A model generated the notes under the pieces. The model was not told the DNA's origin, did not search any database, and saw nothing but the letters and a program-made list of their open reading frames with translations. Below are positions 8,957 to 18,547 of a DNA stretch of 64,000 nucleotides, one piece after another; the stretch's first letter is position 1; the number at the start of each line of letters is the position of its first letter. The stretch spans positions 1 to 64,000 of the IMG/VR virus record IMGVR_UViG_3300046616_000314; one strand, 5' to 3'. The position numbers and the translations under genes are program-made.

Positions 8957-9274
8957 ATGGTTGCCGTGTACCGAATATTCACTCGGGATACGGAGCACGA
9001 ATTAGATTTTAGCGAAGACATGCTGTACGAAATGTACAACGCAGAGTCTTCGGGTGGTACTTGCTCCCACCAGAACGGCTACTACCACGGCAAAAAATGG
9101 ATGGATGTCGCTGTCAAAATGTGGCGCGAAGACCTATCCAAGGGCAACCTGTTCCTCATCGAACTGTACGATGATCCGGTGTTCCCCGATTGGTGGTTAG
9201 ATAAGTTATTTGGAAAGAAGCCGGTGTGGTCAATCCCACAACCGGATCGTGCTGGCGAAAGCGAACCTGAATAG
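8957..9274 (+). CDS. hypothetical protein
   Basis: 105 aa ORF. Confidence 0.65.
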   Translation: MVAVYRIFTRDTEHELDFSEDMLYEMYNAESSGGTCSHQNGYYHGKKWMDVAVKMWREDLSKGNLFLIELYDDPVFPDWWLDKLFGKKPVWSIPQPDRAGESEPE

Positions 9275-9463
9275 GATCACGTCGTCAAAATTTTCAAAAA
9301 TTAAATCGCTGTAGCCGTTGCGTAAGGCGTCACTCAGTTCGTGTCGTTCAAGCCAGTTGACTACGGGTCTATACAAATGAAGACCGACCACGAAAAGTGG
9401 ATCGGTCTTCATGCTAGGCTCATAAAGCCAAATACTATCCCATCTTCCGATTACGGATTCCAT
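9230..9463 (-). CDS. FKLKW-family protein (late promoter)
   Basis: VVNWL; FENFDDVILFRFAF; TAAATA 5 nt before the ATG. Confidence 0.7.
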   Translation of the reverse strand: MESVIGRWDSIWLYEPSMKTDPLFVVGLHLYRPVVNWLERHELSDALRNGYSDLIFENFDDVILFRFAFASTIRLWD

Positions 9464-9487
9464 GATAGTATTTAGAAAAACTGTTTG

Positions 9488-10021
9488 TTATTTCAACCGT
9501 TCAACATTCGTGAGTGTGATCGGCTTTTCGAGGATGCGAATCTCGCGTTCTTCCTCGTAGCTCGGGTTCGCATTCATCAGCAGCGTGGCATCCCAGTCGA
9601 TGTCTTCGCTCTTAACCTGCGTTGTCATGCGCCATTTGACATTCCCCTGTCGGAAGTCGCCCCAGTGGGCTTCAGCGGCGTGCTTGTCCCAGGACCAGTA
9701 GATGCCGGGGTGACGCTCATCCGGCTTCCAATCAACAGGCGCCGTGATCACACGATAGAGAGTGATCACACCATCCTTGAACAGATGTTGGAATTTGTAA
9801 TAGGAATTGTGAAGAGTGTCGCGGCACCAATCCAGCACGAATTCCTTGAAATCCGCTTGATCTTCGTCGCTGATATCGTCGTCTTCGTCTCTGTTGTTTT
9901 CGATATTGTAATCGAATTGACAGGTATCGTAGATGCCATCTTCATGAGACAGCCGCTCGGCTAGGTCATCAAAGTCGATTGTGTTGATGCTTCGTTCAAC
10001 GATATTGAGTAAGTCGCGCAT
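9488..10021 (-). CDS. ADP-ribosyltransferase-like late/virion protein
   Basis: MRDLLNIVE leader; ITLYR...GIYWSW...EEEREI matches an R-S-ExE pattern; TAAATA upstream. Confidence 0.6.
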   Translation of the reverse strand: MRDLLNIVERSINTIDFDDLAERLSHEDGIYDTCQFDYNIENNRDEDDDISDEDQADFKEFVLDWCRDTLHNSYYKFQHLFKDGVITLYRVITAPVDWKPDERHPGIYWSWDKHAAEAHWGDFRQGNVKWRMTTQVKSEDIDWDATLLMNANPSYEEEREIRILEKPITLTNVERLK

Positions 10022-10024
10022 CCA

Positions 10025-10384
10025 TTATTTATTGCGGTTTTCCCACGGCACATAACGGAAGCGGAAATAGACTCGATCATCATGGGTGTTGAAATACACC
10101 CGAAGATCGTTATTCGCGTCGATCTCGTAATCCCAGGTCGTACCCTGGCGATTCATCGCAGCGTCGATTTGATCGAAGATGTACATATAGAATTCGACAA
10201 AACCCGACGTGGATTGTGCGAATTGTCCAGGCAGCGGTATATACTCCATCGACATATCGGGAGCATTGCCTTTGATCTGCGACCTGAAACTAGATGTAGG
10301 AACAACTTTCATGAATGCAGTATAGTCTACAATAATGAAGTTGGCAAGTTCCCATGTACGATTTTTAGAATATTCATATCCCAT
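10025..10384 (-). CDS. FKLKW-family protein
   Basis: VYFNTHDDRVYFRFRY. Confidence 0.7.
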   Translation of the reverse strand: MGYEYSKNRTWELANFIIVDYTAFMKVVPTSSFRSQIKGNAPDMSMEYIPLPGQFAQSTSGFVEFYMYIFDQIDAAMNRQGTTWDYEIDANNDLRVYFNTHDDRVYFRFRYVPWENRNK

Positions 10385-11010
10385 ACTCTTTTGACTATGT
10401 TCATCTTCAATCGAGTATGAACCATGTCTTCTTCAGAACCCCAAAGAGCAACAATGGTTATGTAGTTGTTGTATCCTGCAACCGAACTATCAAGCTCTTG
10501 AAAGATGACGTGTTTTGGTTTCAGGTTGAGTTTGGTTTTGCCGGGCTGGGTACCGCCGATCAACAACCAATCGGGATTGTTTTTTGTTTTCTTGTTGTGG
10601 ATGGCGCGAAGCGTGTTGGCTTCTACCGTTGATCGTAACTCTGGATACTCGTCTAAGAAACGAACGAAGCCGGTCTTCGGGGGCGTGAGCACGCCCAGGT
10701 CAGTGAGGATGACTTGTTTTTCTCTGAAATGAATTTCGACAGGCGGATAATTCGCGGGGTCGATTTGGCGATTTCGGTTGTACCGATATAGGTGATCGAT
10801 AGCCACGATCTCAGTGGACCACGACACACCCTTGGGTTCAAAGATCGGAACCGTCGCTTGTTGATGCGAAGCGGCTAACGAATACCGTGCGGATGCGGGG
10901 TTCGCGGTAATCCACAGGCTTTCGCGAACTAGAAAATCGTTCGTACCAATTTTGCGTAGAGAATAGCTATTAGAAACAGTTTTAGTTGTCGCCACTTGGA
11001 AGCTCACCAT
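10327..11010 (-). CDS. long FKLKW-family protein
   Basis: WGSEEDMVHTRLKM near the C-terminus. Confidence 0.65.
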   Translation of the reverse strand: MVSFQVATTKTVSNSYSLRKIGTNDFLVRESLWITANPASARYSLAASHQQATVPIFEPKGVSWSTEIVAIDHLYRYNRNRQIDPANYPPVEIHFREKQVILTDLGVLTPPKTGFVRFLDEYPELRSTVEANTLRAIHNKKTKNNPDWLLIGGTQPGKTKLNLKPKHVIFQELDSSVAGYNNYITIVALWGSEEDMVHTRLKMNIVKRVWDMNILKIVHGNLPTSLL

Positions 11011-11146
11011 ACAATTGCTTATAGTGGTCTACCTGCCTATTGAGGCGATAGACCTTCAAATCAAGACTGATGTTCTGGTAAACGAGCCATAGGACAAAGC
11101 CCACGCCGATCAGCAGAAGAAAAGCATTCTGGAAATTCATTGGACC

Positions 11147-11464
11147 TCACTCGACATGATATTTGCTCCATTTGAGTTTGAACAAAACCACGTCTTCTTC
11201 GGTGCGAAGCTTGATCCAGTGTTTCCACTCGGCTCCCAAGCTTGAAATTGTGGGCGCACGGGAATGTATAGGAACTGGATAATCGTAGTGGGCGATTAGC
11301 CAATCCGAAATGTCCGTGTTGCGGAACATCACGTCATCAGCCCACGGATTTGCTGAATACCATTTCAGCATGTTTCGATCTACTTCAAGCGTATACCAAA
11401 ACAGTTTGCGCAGGGGATGATGCTTGAGCCAGTGGGATATCCGGCGCCAGAAATACATTACCAC
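11147..11464 (-). CDS. FKLKW-family protein
   Basis: ISDWL; LRTEEDVVLFKLKWS. Confidence 0.85.
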   Translation of the reverse strand: MVMYFWRRISHWLKHHPLRKLFWYTLEVDRNMLKWYSANPWADDVMFRNTDISDWLIAHYDYPVPIHSRAPTISSLGAEWKHWIKLRTEEDVVLFKLKWSKYHVE

Positions 11465-11715
11465 GCTTTCTTCCCCATCGTTGGAATCACGGCGGGGTCA
11501 AGCATTTTCAATTGAAAATATACGCCGTCTTCATCGTTCGGGAAGGTCGCGATGCATTCCTTGCTCTCGTACACGTACGACAACTTCACGTCCCGAAAGC
11601 CATCGGTCAGATTGTCGCGCATCCAATTTTTCAATCGGTAGCTGAAATCCAACACGTATGCTTGGGTATAATTGTCAGGGATGACGCATTTAAAAGCCAT
11701 CCCTGACATTACCAA
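11458..11715 (-). CDS. FKLKW-family protein
   Basis: KNWM; FPNDEDGVYFQLKM. Confidence 0.75.
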   Translation of the reverse strand: MVMSGMAFKCVIPDNYTQAYVLDFSYRLKNWMRDNLTDGFRDVKLSYVYESKECIATFPNDEDGVYFQLKMLDPAVIPTMGKKAW

Positions 11716-11726
11716 AATAATTTCGG

Positions 11727-11834
11727 TTAGTCAATCAAACCGGTGGATCGACAGAGAACCCAACCGATGCCGATCCAGAACAAACCAGTGGCTATCACGA
11801 TAGCCAGACGTTCCCACGCAATGCGTAATTTCAT
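11727..11834 (-). CDS. 35-aa single-TM peptide
   Basis: MKLRIAWERLAIVIATGLFWIGIGWVLCRSTGLID with strong GAGGGAGG SD (manual translation). Confidence 0.6.
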   Translation of the reverse strand: MKLRIAWERLAIVIATGLFWIGIGWVLCRSTGLID

Positions 11835-11927
11835 AGCGTTACCCTCCCTCGGGTGTTTATATTTTTCTCATTGTAACGCTTTTTTAACAGTCATGCTAGA
11901 TTTATTTTCGTTTTAATTTCGTGTGCC

Positions 11928-12470
11928 ATGTGGTATGGAACCACCATGCAATCGTATCAGCAGAATACCCAAACCTTCGTTATTGGTCCGAACCCTCGAC
12001 GCTTGCGCGGTCGCTATGATCAATATCAGTATTGGCTTGATTTCATGCTGGGATTCACGTTTGAGCCGATTGTTAGCCCAATATCGCGTGATCCTAAGCC
12101 TGATTATTGGTATGCGAGAGAAGTCAGAGACCGGCGGGTATGTCGGCATGTTGCTATTGATTCAGAGTTTCGGGCACTCGAATACATCGATAAGGATAGC
12201 CCAGAGCAATACCAGCTTCCGTTCGCAGAAATTAAACGTATAACGGAATCGAAGGTAGATTTTTATCTCGAAAATGAGTGGCCCACTTTCGAACGAGACG
12301 AAGCCGGGTGCATCTACGAGATAAAGGTCAACCGGACTTTGAAGCAATCCAAGGTTTCGGCGATGCTACATCGCATGTGTCGCGGTCGTTTCTATTATAA
12401 TTCCAACACGCGCTATGTGGTTCTGCAATTCGCGGAAGATGCCGTGATGGTCAAGCTGGCTTTGAAATAA
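11928..12470 (+). CDS. long FKLKW-family protein
   Basis: Ends LQFAEDAVMVKLALK. Confidence 0.7.
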   Translation: MWYGTTMQSYQQNTQTFVIGPNPRRLRGRYDQYQYWLDFMLGFTFEPIVSPISRDPKPDYWYAREVRDRRVCRHVAIDSEFRALEYIDKDSPEQYQLPFAEIKRITESKVDFYLENEWPTFERDEAGCIYEIKVNRTLKQSKVSAMLHRMCRGRFYYNSNTRYVVLQFAEDAVMVKLALK

Positions 12471-12912
12471 GCATCGCCACACAATTCCACTTGAGCTTAA
12501 ACAGAGTGGCATCTTCTTCATTCATAAAATAAAAGAAGATGTCACCTTCTCCATATCGAGCCGGATTGTCGCGGGTGGGAAGTGCGAACGACCATTCGCC
12601 AGACGTGTGCTTATCGATCCACGTCAAAACGTCGTTTGAGTTGTCGGGTTCTTCTAGCCGATACAGGAATTTGGAATAGTTGTGGTGTTTCCCAAATATT
12701 CTATAGCGCGAGAACCGTCCTGCGCCCGTTAGGCGCACTCGCTTGGGAATCATTTTAGTCGCAGGGATTACGATGATTTCTTCGCGCGTAAACGACGGAG
12801 AAACAATGTCGCTGTTGCGATCAAGCAAATAGTACGGGTTGTTGGCGGACGCTATGTCCTCAACAATTCGTGCGCCTAGGATATGATGATATGGCGGCAC
12901 GTCTAACCCCAC
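12451..12912 (-). CDS. FKLKW-family protein
   Basis: VLTWI...GEWSF; FMNEEDATLFKLKWN; GTG start formed from the upstream K-W codons. Confidence 0.85.
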   Translation of the reverse strand: MGLDVPPYHHILGARIVEDIASANNPYYLLDRNSDIVSPSFTREEIIVIPATKMIPKRVRLTGAGRFSRYRIFGKHHNYSKFLYRLEEPDNSNDVLTWIDKHTSGEWSFALPTRDNPARYGEGDIFFYFMNEEDATLFKLKWNCVAMLISKPA

Positions 12913-13304
12913 TTCAACTGCATCATTGCTGCGTCTTCTTCGTTTTGGAAGACGTAGACGGGATTGGAATAAATTTGTGGACCATGAACGGAGGCGGGCA
13001 CAACCACCCGCCCCGTCCAGGGCATTTCGATTTTAACATACCGCCAGAAGGCGTGTAGAGCCTCTTCAGGTAGGTCTTCTATCTTGGGGCTAACTCGGTA
13101 CAGACCCTTCAACAAAACCCCCTTGTGGTCTCTAACAGAGGGTAAGTCTTTGGTCTGTAGATAGTTACGCCGCTTGGCTTCTTTACACTCAGCCTCATTG
13201 GCTTGGTACCAAAAATAGTACAAGTGTTCTACGCGGCGATAGCCGTAGGAAGCCGGGTTATAGTACGAAGTCACACGACGCCGCGTGTGCCCCAGTCTAG
13301 CCAT
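12903..13304 (-). CDS. FKLKW-family protein
   Basis: Ends FQNEEDAAMMQLKWG. Confidence 0.8.
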   Translation of the reverse strand: MARLGHTRRRVTSYYNPASYGYRRVEHLYYFWYQANEAECKEAKRRNYLQTKDLPSVRDHKGVLLKGLYRVSPKIEDLPEEALHAFWRYVKIEMPWTGRVVVPASVHGPQIYSNPVYVFQNEEDAAMMQLKWG

Positions 13305-13887
13305 GACGGTGACGGGGATCGGCGTAGAAGGCGGCAATCAGAGCCATGACTTCGGCGTGCGACTCGGGATCGGAATCCAGCATGTTGCCGCCGTCATACA
13401 GTTCCGCCTTTTCGCGAACCCACTTCTTCGCGAACCCGAAGTCCTTAGCCACGATGGACGGGAAGTTGTCAGTAACGTCCGCGTTTTTGACGGACTTCAC
13501 TTTCCAGCATTGCGCGATGGTATGCAGGCGGTCCAATTCCTTCCGTTCACGGCGGTTGCCGTCTTCCGGCTTGGACACGTCGGTCAGACCATCGGTCAGG
13601 CGGGCGACTTCATCGCCGAATTCTTCGCGGATGATCGACAGGGCGACCAGCGTGTCTTCTACAACATCGTGCAGATATGCAGCGGCGACCATTTCCCAGG
13701 TCGCGCCGGGCATCCGGCGAACACGTTCTGCAACGGCGTGCGGATGGACGATATATTCGGAGCCGTCATACTTGCGGACAACGCCATGGGCAGCATAAGC
13801 CGCCCGCGAAAAGACCCGTGCCTTTTCGATCATTGCTTCTTCGCTCGGAGCGAAGACCTTACGTTCTTGTGTGCTTACATTTTTCAT
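13297..13887 (-). CDS. HD-domain (p)ppGpp-hydrolase-like protein (small alarmone hydrolase/Mesh1-like)
   Basis: AH...RKY...EYIVHP, AAYLHDVVEDT, LTD and VKxADxxDN motifs. Confidence 0.85.
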   Translation of the reverse strand: MKNVSTQERKVFAPSEEAMIEKARVFSRAAYAAHGVVRKYDGSEYIVHPHAVAERVRRMPGATWEMVAAAYLHDVVEDTLVALSIIREEFGDEVARLTDGLTDVSKPEDGNRRERKELDRLHTIAQCWKVKSVKNADVTDNFPSIVAKDFGFAKKWVREKAELYDGGNMLDSDPESHAEVMALIAAFYADPRHRHG

Positions 13888-13893
13888 AGTGGA

Positions 13894-13922
13894 ATTCTAA
13901 TACCAAATACGGAATTTGTCAA
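13894..13922 (-). promoter_or_regulatory. sigma70-like promoter, likely leaderless
   Basis: TTGACA-N17-TAGAAT with the ATG at 13887 six nt downstream. Confidence 0.65.
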
Positions 13923-13925
13923 GTA

Positions 13926-14198
13926 TTAGAATAGCCACCATTTCTTCTTTTTCTTGCCAGTAAAGATCGCATCAAGGTCTTCACTAGCCTTGCGAACGGC
14001 ATCCGTGCGGGCGGTTTCCGCCTTACGCTTATTGTCGCGCGCCCAATATAGAGCAACGTTGACTTTGCGCAAAGCTTCAGCAGGGGTCTTACCCTCTCGG
14101 TTCATTTCTGGATAACCGATCACGTAAGCCGTATAGACTTCATCGTCACCTTGTTGGATAACGATGTCGCCGTATTTGTTGTCGCGCATCGGCTTCAT
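13926..14198 (-). CDS. HicB-like antitoxin domain protein
   Basis: IVIQQGDDEVYTAYVIGYPEMNREGKTPAEAL resembles the HicB N-terminal G-x-T-x-x-E-A-L fold. Confidence 0.6.
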   Translation of the reverse strand: MKPMRDNKYGDIVIQQGDDEVYTAYVIGYPEMNREGKTPAEALRKVNVALYWARDNKRKAETARTDAVRKASEDLDAIFTGKKKKKWWLF

Positions 14199-14770
14199 GC
14201 GACCGCACTCTTGCGGATGGCTTCGATCAGCTTGGCGCCCAGGATGTTATTGGGCTCGGGATCGCCGTCCGTGAACACCACCATGTTCGAACGCGATTCA
14301 CGTTCCTCGCGCATGTCTTCGAAGAACATGCGTTCGACGGCATCATCGTCCCGCCGGGCTTGGTCGTCATCATCGTCGTCGTAGCGGAAAGCATGAGGCT
14401 CGTCATATTCAAAAAGGAAATCGAGCGGATCGCGAGCGAAAGGGATGGTCTTCGCCACTTCCAGATAGGCTTCGGCGTGAGCACGCACGGTGAACAGGAA
14501 ATGGTTGTTGTAGTTGTTCAGACCGCCGATGTTGCAGTCACGAAGGCTGAAGTCGGAAGCTTCCCTGCCGTTTTCCAGCATGTGATAGCAGAAATACGAC
14601 GTGCCCGCTCGGTTGAAAACAACCTTGGATCGGGGACCGACCATGTATTCCTGCATGTAGGACTGTTCGCCCAGACCCAGAACTTCCCAGACGATGTTGC
14701 CCGGTTGCAGAAGAACGCTTTCGAATTCTTGCTGGGTCTGAAGGGCACCTTGGGGATACGGCATGAACAA
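14195..14770 (-). CDS. hypothetical protein with acidic C-terminus
   Basis: 191 aa ORF, GGAGA SD, TTGACA promoter near 14822. Confidence 0.75.
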   Translation of the reverse strand: MFMPYPQGALQTQQEFESVLLQPGNIVWEVLGLGEQSYMQEYMVGPRSKVVFNRAGTSYFCYHMLENGREASDFSLRDCNIGGLNNYNNHFLFTVRAHAEAYLEVAKTIPFARDPLDFLFEYDEPHAFRYDDDDDDQARRDDDAVERMFFEDMREERESRSNMVVFTDGDPEPNNILGAKLIEAIRKSAVA

Positions 14771-14934
14771 TCTCCAAAAAGAATTATATGGAGTAATCTA
14801 GCCGAAGAAACACTTTTGTCAAGTATTCTTTTGAATACCCCAAAACCGCTTGAAGGAATCCCAACAACTCGCAATCCAGCCGTTGCCACCAATGATATAG
14901 GCAAGTGCCAGAATGGCTACAGGTACAAAATAAG

Positions 14935-15123
14935 TCATAGGTCCCCCGCCGCAAACCGCAGGGCTTGCATTTCGTTGCTGTCCAATGCAGCGATCAAATC
15001 GTCATAGGCTTTTACCAGAAACGGGAAACCCGTTTCCAGGGCGCGCAGACGCTTCAGCTTAACCTCGATAATGCGGTCAGCGATTACGTCAGCTTCCTTG
15101 AGCCAGTCGCTAGGTCTACGCAT
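14935..15123 (-). CDS. hypothetical protein
   Basis: Coupled to the upstream ORF. Confidence 0.6.
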   Translation of the reverse strand: MRRPSDWLKEADVIADRIIEVKLKRLRALETGFPFLVKAYDDLIAALDSNEMQALRFAAGDL

Positions 15124-15391
15124 CGGGCGTCTTGAAGAAGAAATTCTTCAGGTCCGATTTCAGATCGGAAAAGAATTCGCCGATCTCTACCTTATGTCGG
15201 ATGAACCAGAACTGCCCATGAACCGAATAGCTGACCAGAGTGAGGGCGCCCCCGATCACCGTTGGAGCGATGACTATAAACCACAGACCATGGCTAGCCA
15301 TGACGATAGTCATAACCATCGACCATGCAAAAATCCAGGGCAGGACCAGCAGCATAGCAAGAGCCCGACCTACGTTTTTCCAGTTAATCAT
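15116..15391 (-). CDS. two-TM membrane protein
   Basis: Two hydrophobic segments. Confidence 0.65.
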   Translation of the reverse strand: MINWKNVGRALAMLLVLPWIFAWSMVMTIVMASHGLWFIVIAPTVIGGALTLVSYSVHGQFWFIRHKVEIGEFFSDLKSDLKNFFFKTPDA

Positions 15392-15718
15392 CTAGACCCA
15401 CAACACCAAAATTTTCCCAGATTGGGCAAATTGGTTATAATTGATTTCGGGTTTCGTGCAAACCTTTTCCCGAACCTTGCGGCGCCCACCAACACCCTTC
15501 AGCAGGGCGCGAGCCAGGGAAATTTGTTCATCAGAGCCAGCGGGAACCATGGCGTACACGGTTGCCGACTTGGGGACGACGGCGCACCGACCCGCGTAGG
15601 GGTTTTGCTCGTCGCCTTCGTAATAGCCAGGAACATCCATTCTGTCGAACTGGCGATAGAGATCGGTCACACGTTCGACGGTGACGGTCTTGTTCGCGTT
15701 GTCGATTTGAGGAAGCAT
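15392..15718 (-). CDS. hypothetical protein
   Basis: GGAGAG SD, 108 aa. Confidence 0.7.
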   Translation of the reverse strand: MLPQIDNANKTVTVERVTDLYRQFDRMDVPGYYEGDEQNPYAGRCAVVPKSATVYAMVPAGSDEQISLARALLKGVGGRRKVREKVCTKPEINYNQFAQSGKILVLWV

Positions 15719-15769
15719 TCGTTACTCTCCAAAGAATAACGATAATATATCAAACGAAATTGGTTTTGT

Positions 15770-16045
15770 CTATAGCCATTTCAGTTTGAAAGCTATTGCC
15801 GCATCATCATTCGGAATAGTAATGATGATCTGCCACGCGAAAGCAGTAACGCCATCATCAGACCAACCCGTCTTCATAGGGGGTCCATGTTGAACCGTGT
15901 TGTTGGAATAATAGTAGCCATGAAGCGCGGTGGTGCTCACGTGCTCGCCAACGTGTTCTTCCATCCACGCCCTGAATTCTGGGGTGTAATTGAAGTTGAC
16001 GTAAATGTTGGGATAATTCAGCGTGGAAATGTCAAATTTATTCAT
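15770..16045 (-). CDS. FKLKW-family protein (subfamily FTPEF-x-AWM)
   Basis: YTPEFRAWMEEHVG; IPNDDAAIAFKLKWL. Confidence 0.85.
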   Translation of the reverse strand: MNKFDISTLNYPNIYVNFNYTPEFRAWMEEHVGEHVSTTALHGYYYSNNTVQHGPPMKTGWSDDGVTAFAWQIIITIPNDDAAIAFKLKWL

Positions 16046-16385
16046 CTAGCATACCCCTATGCCAAATTTCACCGCCCCATTTGATTTTGAATAGCGCAGC
16101 GTCTTCCTTGTGAAGGAAAATAATTTCTTCTTTCCAGCCGTCATTGATATGATTCAGTGTGCCCCATCCACGTTCCGGCTTATCGGCTCGAAACACTTTT
16201 CCATCGACGGTTGCGAGACCGCTCAGCGTGTGAAGCATATGCATGGGACCGATGTTTTCCAACATCCATGCCTGAAACTCAGGCGTGAATTCGTCGGCGC
16301 CGACACGCATTTCTTGGTTATAGATGATGGGGTCCAGGCGCGAGACCACGATTCTGTATTCAGACAAAGCCATGGCTACGACCAC
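16038..16385 (-). CDS. FKLKW-family protein (subfamily FTPEF-x-AWM)
   Basis: FTPEFQAWMLENIG; FLHKEDAALFKIKWG. Confidence 0.85.
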   Translation of the reverse strand: MVVAMALSEYRIVVSRLDPIIYNQEMRVGADEFTPEFQAWMLENIGPMHMLHTLSGLATVDGKVFRADKPERGWGTLNHINDGWKEEIIFLHKEDAALFKIKWGGEIWHRGMLDE

Positions 16386-16603
16386 TTCAACTTAATGAAA
16401 GCAGAATGTTCGTCGGATCGAACTACGATTTCGATAACAGTGGAGCGAAAGCAGATGAAGTAATCCCAAGAATCGGGATCAGACATAAAGAGCCCGCGAT
16501 CATAGCACGGTTGGGTGCTGATATTTTCCTTCAAATATTTCATGATGTCGCGATATTTTTCATCACCGCTGTCTGAACGAGGAATGGTAATCATTATCCC
16601 CAC
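16376..16603 (-). CDS. FKLKW-family small protein
   Basis: Ends RSDEHSAFIKLKWS. Confidence 0.75.
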   Translation of the reverse strand: MGIMITIPRSDSGDEKYRDIMKYLKENISTQPCYDRGLFMSDPDSWDYFICFRSTVIEIVVRSDEHSAFIKLKWS

Positions 16604-17154
16604 CTGATCTTAAACATGGTTGCGATCTCTTCATTCAAGAAGAAGAAATTTTGTTCACGCCGCGCGTTTTGGTAATGGGTCCAGAACCCTTCGGTCAGAC
16701 CGGTGTTTTGGCGATTGATGAAAACACTGAGATCGACCAACGATCCCACGTGCTTTTTTGACCATTCCAAAAACTCTTCCGTGTAATGAACATCCGTCCA
16801 GCCACCGCCATTGGGAGCGATGGTTTTCGGCATGACACTCAACGTCACACAGTATTTGTGGAAATGCGGAGCAACCTTCGCCATCACGTCGTTCGGAAAA
16901 TCGATCCGTTCCTTGGAAAAAGTGTTGATGTCATTTTCGCCAAATCTTTTGGCGCGGCGATTGTCCACCCCGGCTCGCCATGCGGCATAGGTAAAGGTCC
17001 CCGCAATTTGTCGCGAGGGAAGATCGGGATACGAGAAACCGGACACGTAAGCCGTCTTGGACGTATTTGCCCCGCCCATAACCGCGCCCTCGCGACACCA
17101 GCGTTCGTATTGGGATTGAAGCATCCGGTTTTTGAAACGCTTCCGTACTTTCAT
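16594..17154 (-). CDS. FKLKW-family protein with extra N-terminal domain
   Basis: YTEEFLEWSKKHVG; FLNEEIATMFKIRWG; N-terminal AYxxG...AAWRAG. Confidence 0.8.
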   Translation of the reverse strand: MKVRKRFKNRMLQSQYERWCREGAVMGGANTSKTAYVSGFSYPDLPSRQIAGTFTYAAWRAGVDNRRAKRFGENDINTFSKERIDFPNDVMAKVAPHFHKYCVTLSVMPKTIAPNGGGWTDVHYTEEFLEWSKKHVGSLVDLSVFINRQNTGLTEGFWTHYQNARREQNFFFLNEEIATMFKIRWG

Positions 17155-17363
17155 CGGAAATTTTTCATGTATTTCGGATTCAGCAGGCTATACGGATTGT
17201 CCATCCGCGTGAAATCCGATGCCTTCAGTTCTTCTTCGGCTTGTTGCCAGCCCTTGTTCCAAGCGGCGATCAGAAATTCCCGCTTGTAGGGATTCTGGGT
17301 CAGCTTACCATTGGCGTACCGGCAATCATAACCTGCCCTGGTGGCGATTTCGACTTGGGTCAT
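17151..17363 (-). CDS. ribosome modulation factor (RMF)-like protein
   Basis: AGYDC...G...NPY...AAWNKGWQQA parallels the RMF GYxAG...CPY...WLGGW pattern. Confidence 0.6.
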   Translation of the reverse strand: MTQVEIATRAGYDCRYANGKLTQNPYKREFLIAAWNKGWQQAEEELKASDFTRMDNPYSLLNPKYMKNFR

Positions 17364-17365
17364 GA

Positions 17366-17557
17366 TTAGGCTCCGAACAAATAAGGACGAACGATGATGG
17401 CGAAACCCACGACGACCACGGCGGCGACGTATCGATAATACGCCCAGAGTTTCCACATGACATCATTCCGAAGAACGAGATCGGACGCAGCCGCCAGCAA
17501 CGCCCAGATGGCATACATGACGATGGCGATCACGCCGATTTGGATGATAATGATCAC
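17366..17557 (-). CDS. small two-TM membrane protein
   Basis: Hydrophobic 63 aa ORF. Confidence 0.6.
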   Translation of the reverse strand: MIIIIQIGVIAIVMYAIWALLAAASDLVLRNDVMWKLWAYYRYVAAVVVVGFAIIVRPYLFGA

Positions 17558-17691
17558 GCCAGCCCCATCGCATAAGCCAGGGTGAAGGGCGGCATACCGA
17601 ACACGTCGGTATAGTTGTCCATATCATCGTAGCCTTCGGTTTCCGAAGGGGCGGTGATTTCGACTTCCGGCTCTTGATTGTCTTGCGGCAT
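17554..17691 (-). CDS. 45-aa acidic peptide
   Basis: MPQDNQEPEVEITAPSET... with GGAGA SD and a TTGACA promoter near 17749 (manual translation). Confidence 0.5.
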   Translation of the reverse strand: MPQDNQEPEVEITAPSETEGYDDMDNYTDVFGMPPFTLAYAMGLA

Positions 17692-17745
17692 GAAAAAATC
17701 TCCAAAACAATTATGTCTTGGAGATTACTACGAAAAACGAAAGTG

Positions 17746-18024
17746 TCAACGAAAATTACACTTGAGTTTGATAAGGACTCTATCTTCGTCGTTCGGAATT
17801 CGAAATATAATATGTCGCAGTTGTGGGTTAACTAGAAGAAACACTTCATAGCCCATTTGCAAAACTTGTCCTGCGAACGCCATTTTTTGTGCTACCATTG
17901 GTATAAGATCAAGGATCAAGTCATCCTCTTGCGCACAATACGGTATTTCGTTCGCGTGCGACCGAACGGCTTTTTGCATTTCTTCATCAAAAATGAGAGG
18001 TTCTATAAGCCAATCCATCATCAC
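17746..18024 (-). CDS. FKLKW-family protein
   Basis: IPNDEDRVLIKLKC. Confidence 0.7.
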   Translation of the reverse strand: MMMDWLIEPLIFDEEMQKAVRSHANEIPYCAQEDDLILDLIPMVAQKMAFAGQVLQMGYEVFLLVNPQLRHIIFRIPNDEDRVLIKLKCNFR

Positions 18025-18326
18025 ATATACTTCAGCTTGAACATAGCCATGTCATCTGCATTCTTGAATTCAATGACATAGCCATCATGACAACCATCAA
18101 GGCTCAATTCGCGGACACAGAAATCTCGCGAAATCGCCTGTTTTACCAGCGCGTGCTTTCGCTCGCGATCTTGTTTGATCCGAATGGTATATGTCTGAGG
18201 CATGTATGGAAGCGGTTCTGACCATTCATAGCGTTCATCACCGGCAACGATGATTTGTGACATGACTCGCGCCATGACCCACAATTTCATTTCGTCTTCG
18301 TCGGGCTCCATTACGTGCGTCCCCAC
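18021..18326 (-). CDS. FKLKW-family protein
   Basis: FKNADDMAMFKLKYM. Confidence 0.85.
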   Translation of the reverse strand: MGTHVMEPDEDEMKLWVMARVMSQIIVAGDERYEWSEPLPYMPQTYTIRIKQDRERKHALVKQAISRDFCVRELSLDGCHDGYVIEFKNADDMAMFKLKYM

Positions 18327-18547
18327 TTGAACGCGAACGCAACGGCGTCTTCCATGGTCAGGAAGTATGCGACGTAGGTGTTTCTCGACATATCGAGCGT
18401 ATCGAAGGTAACGCTCTCGTAGTTCTCTACGTTATCGCGCACCCACGCCCAGGCATCGGGATCATACAATTTATACGGAACAAGCGGATAAGTCGTGTCC
18501 ACACGAAACTTACCCGCGTTGCGTCCTTCCTTAATCTCGCGAATCAT
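18311..18547 (-). CDS. FKLKW-family protein
   Basis: AWAWVRDNV; FLTMEDAVAFAFKWG; TAATG coupling. Confidence 0.8.
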   Translation of the reverse strand: MIREIKEGRNAGKFRVDTTYPLVPYKLYDPDAWAWVRDNVENYESVTFDTLDMSRNTYVAYFLTMEDAVAFAFKWGRT

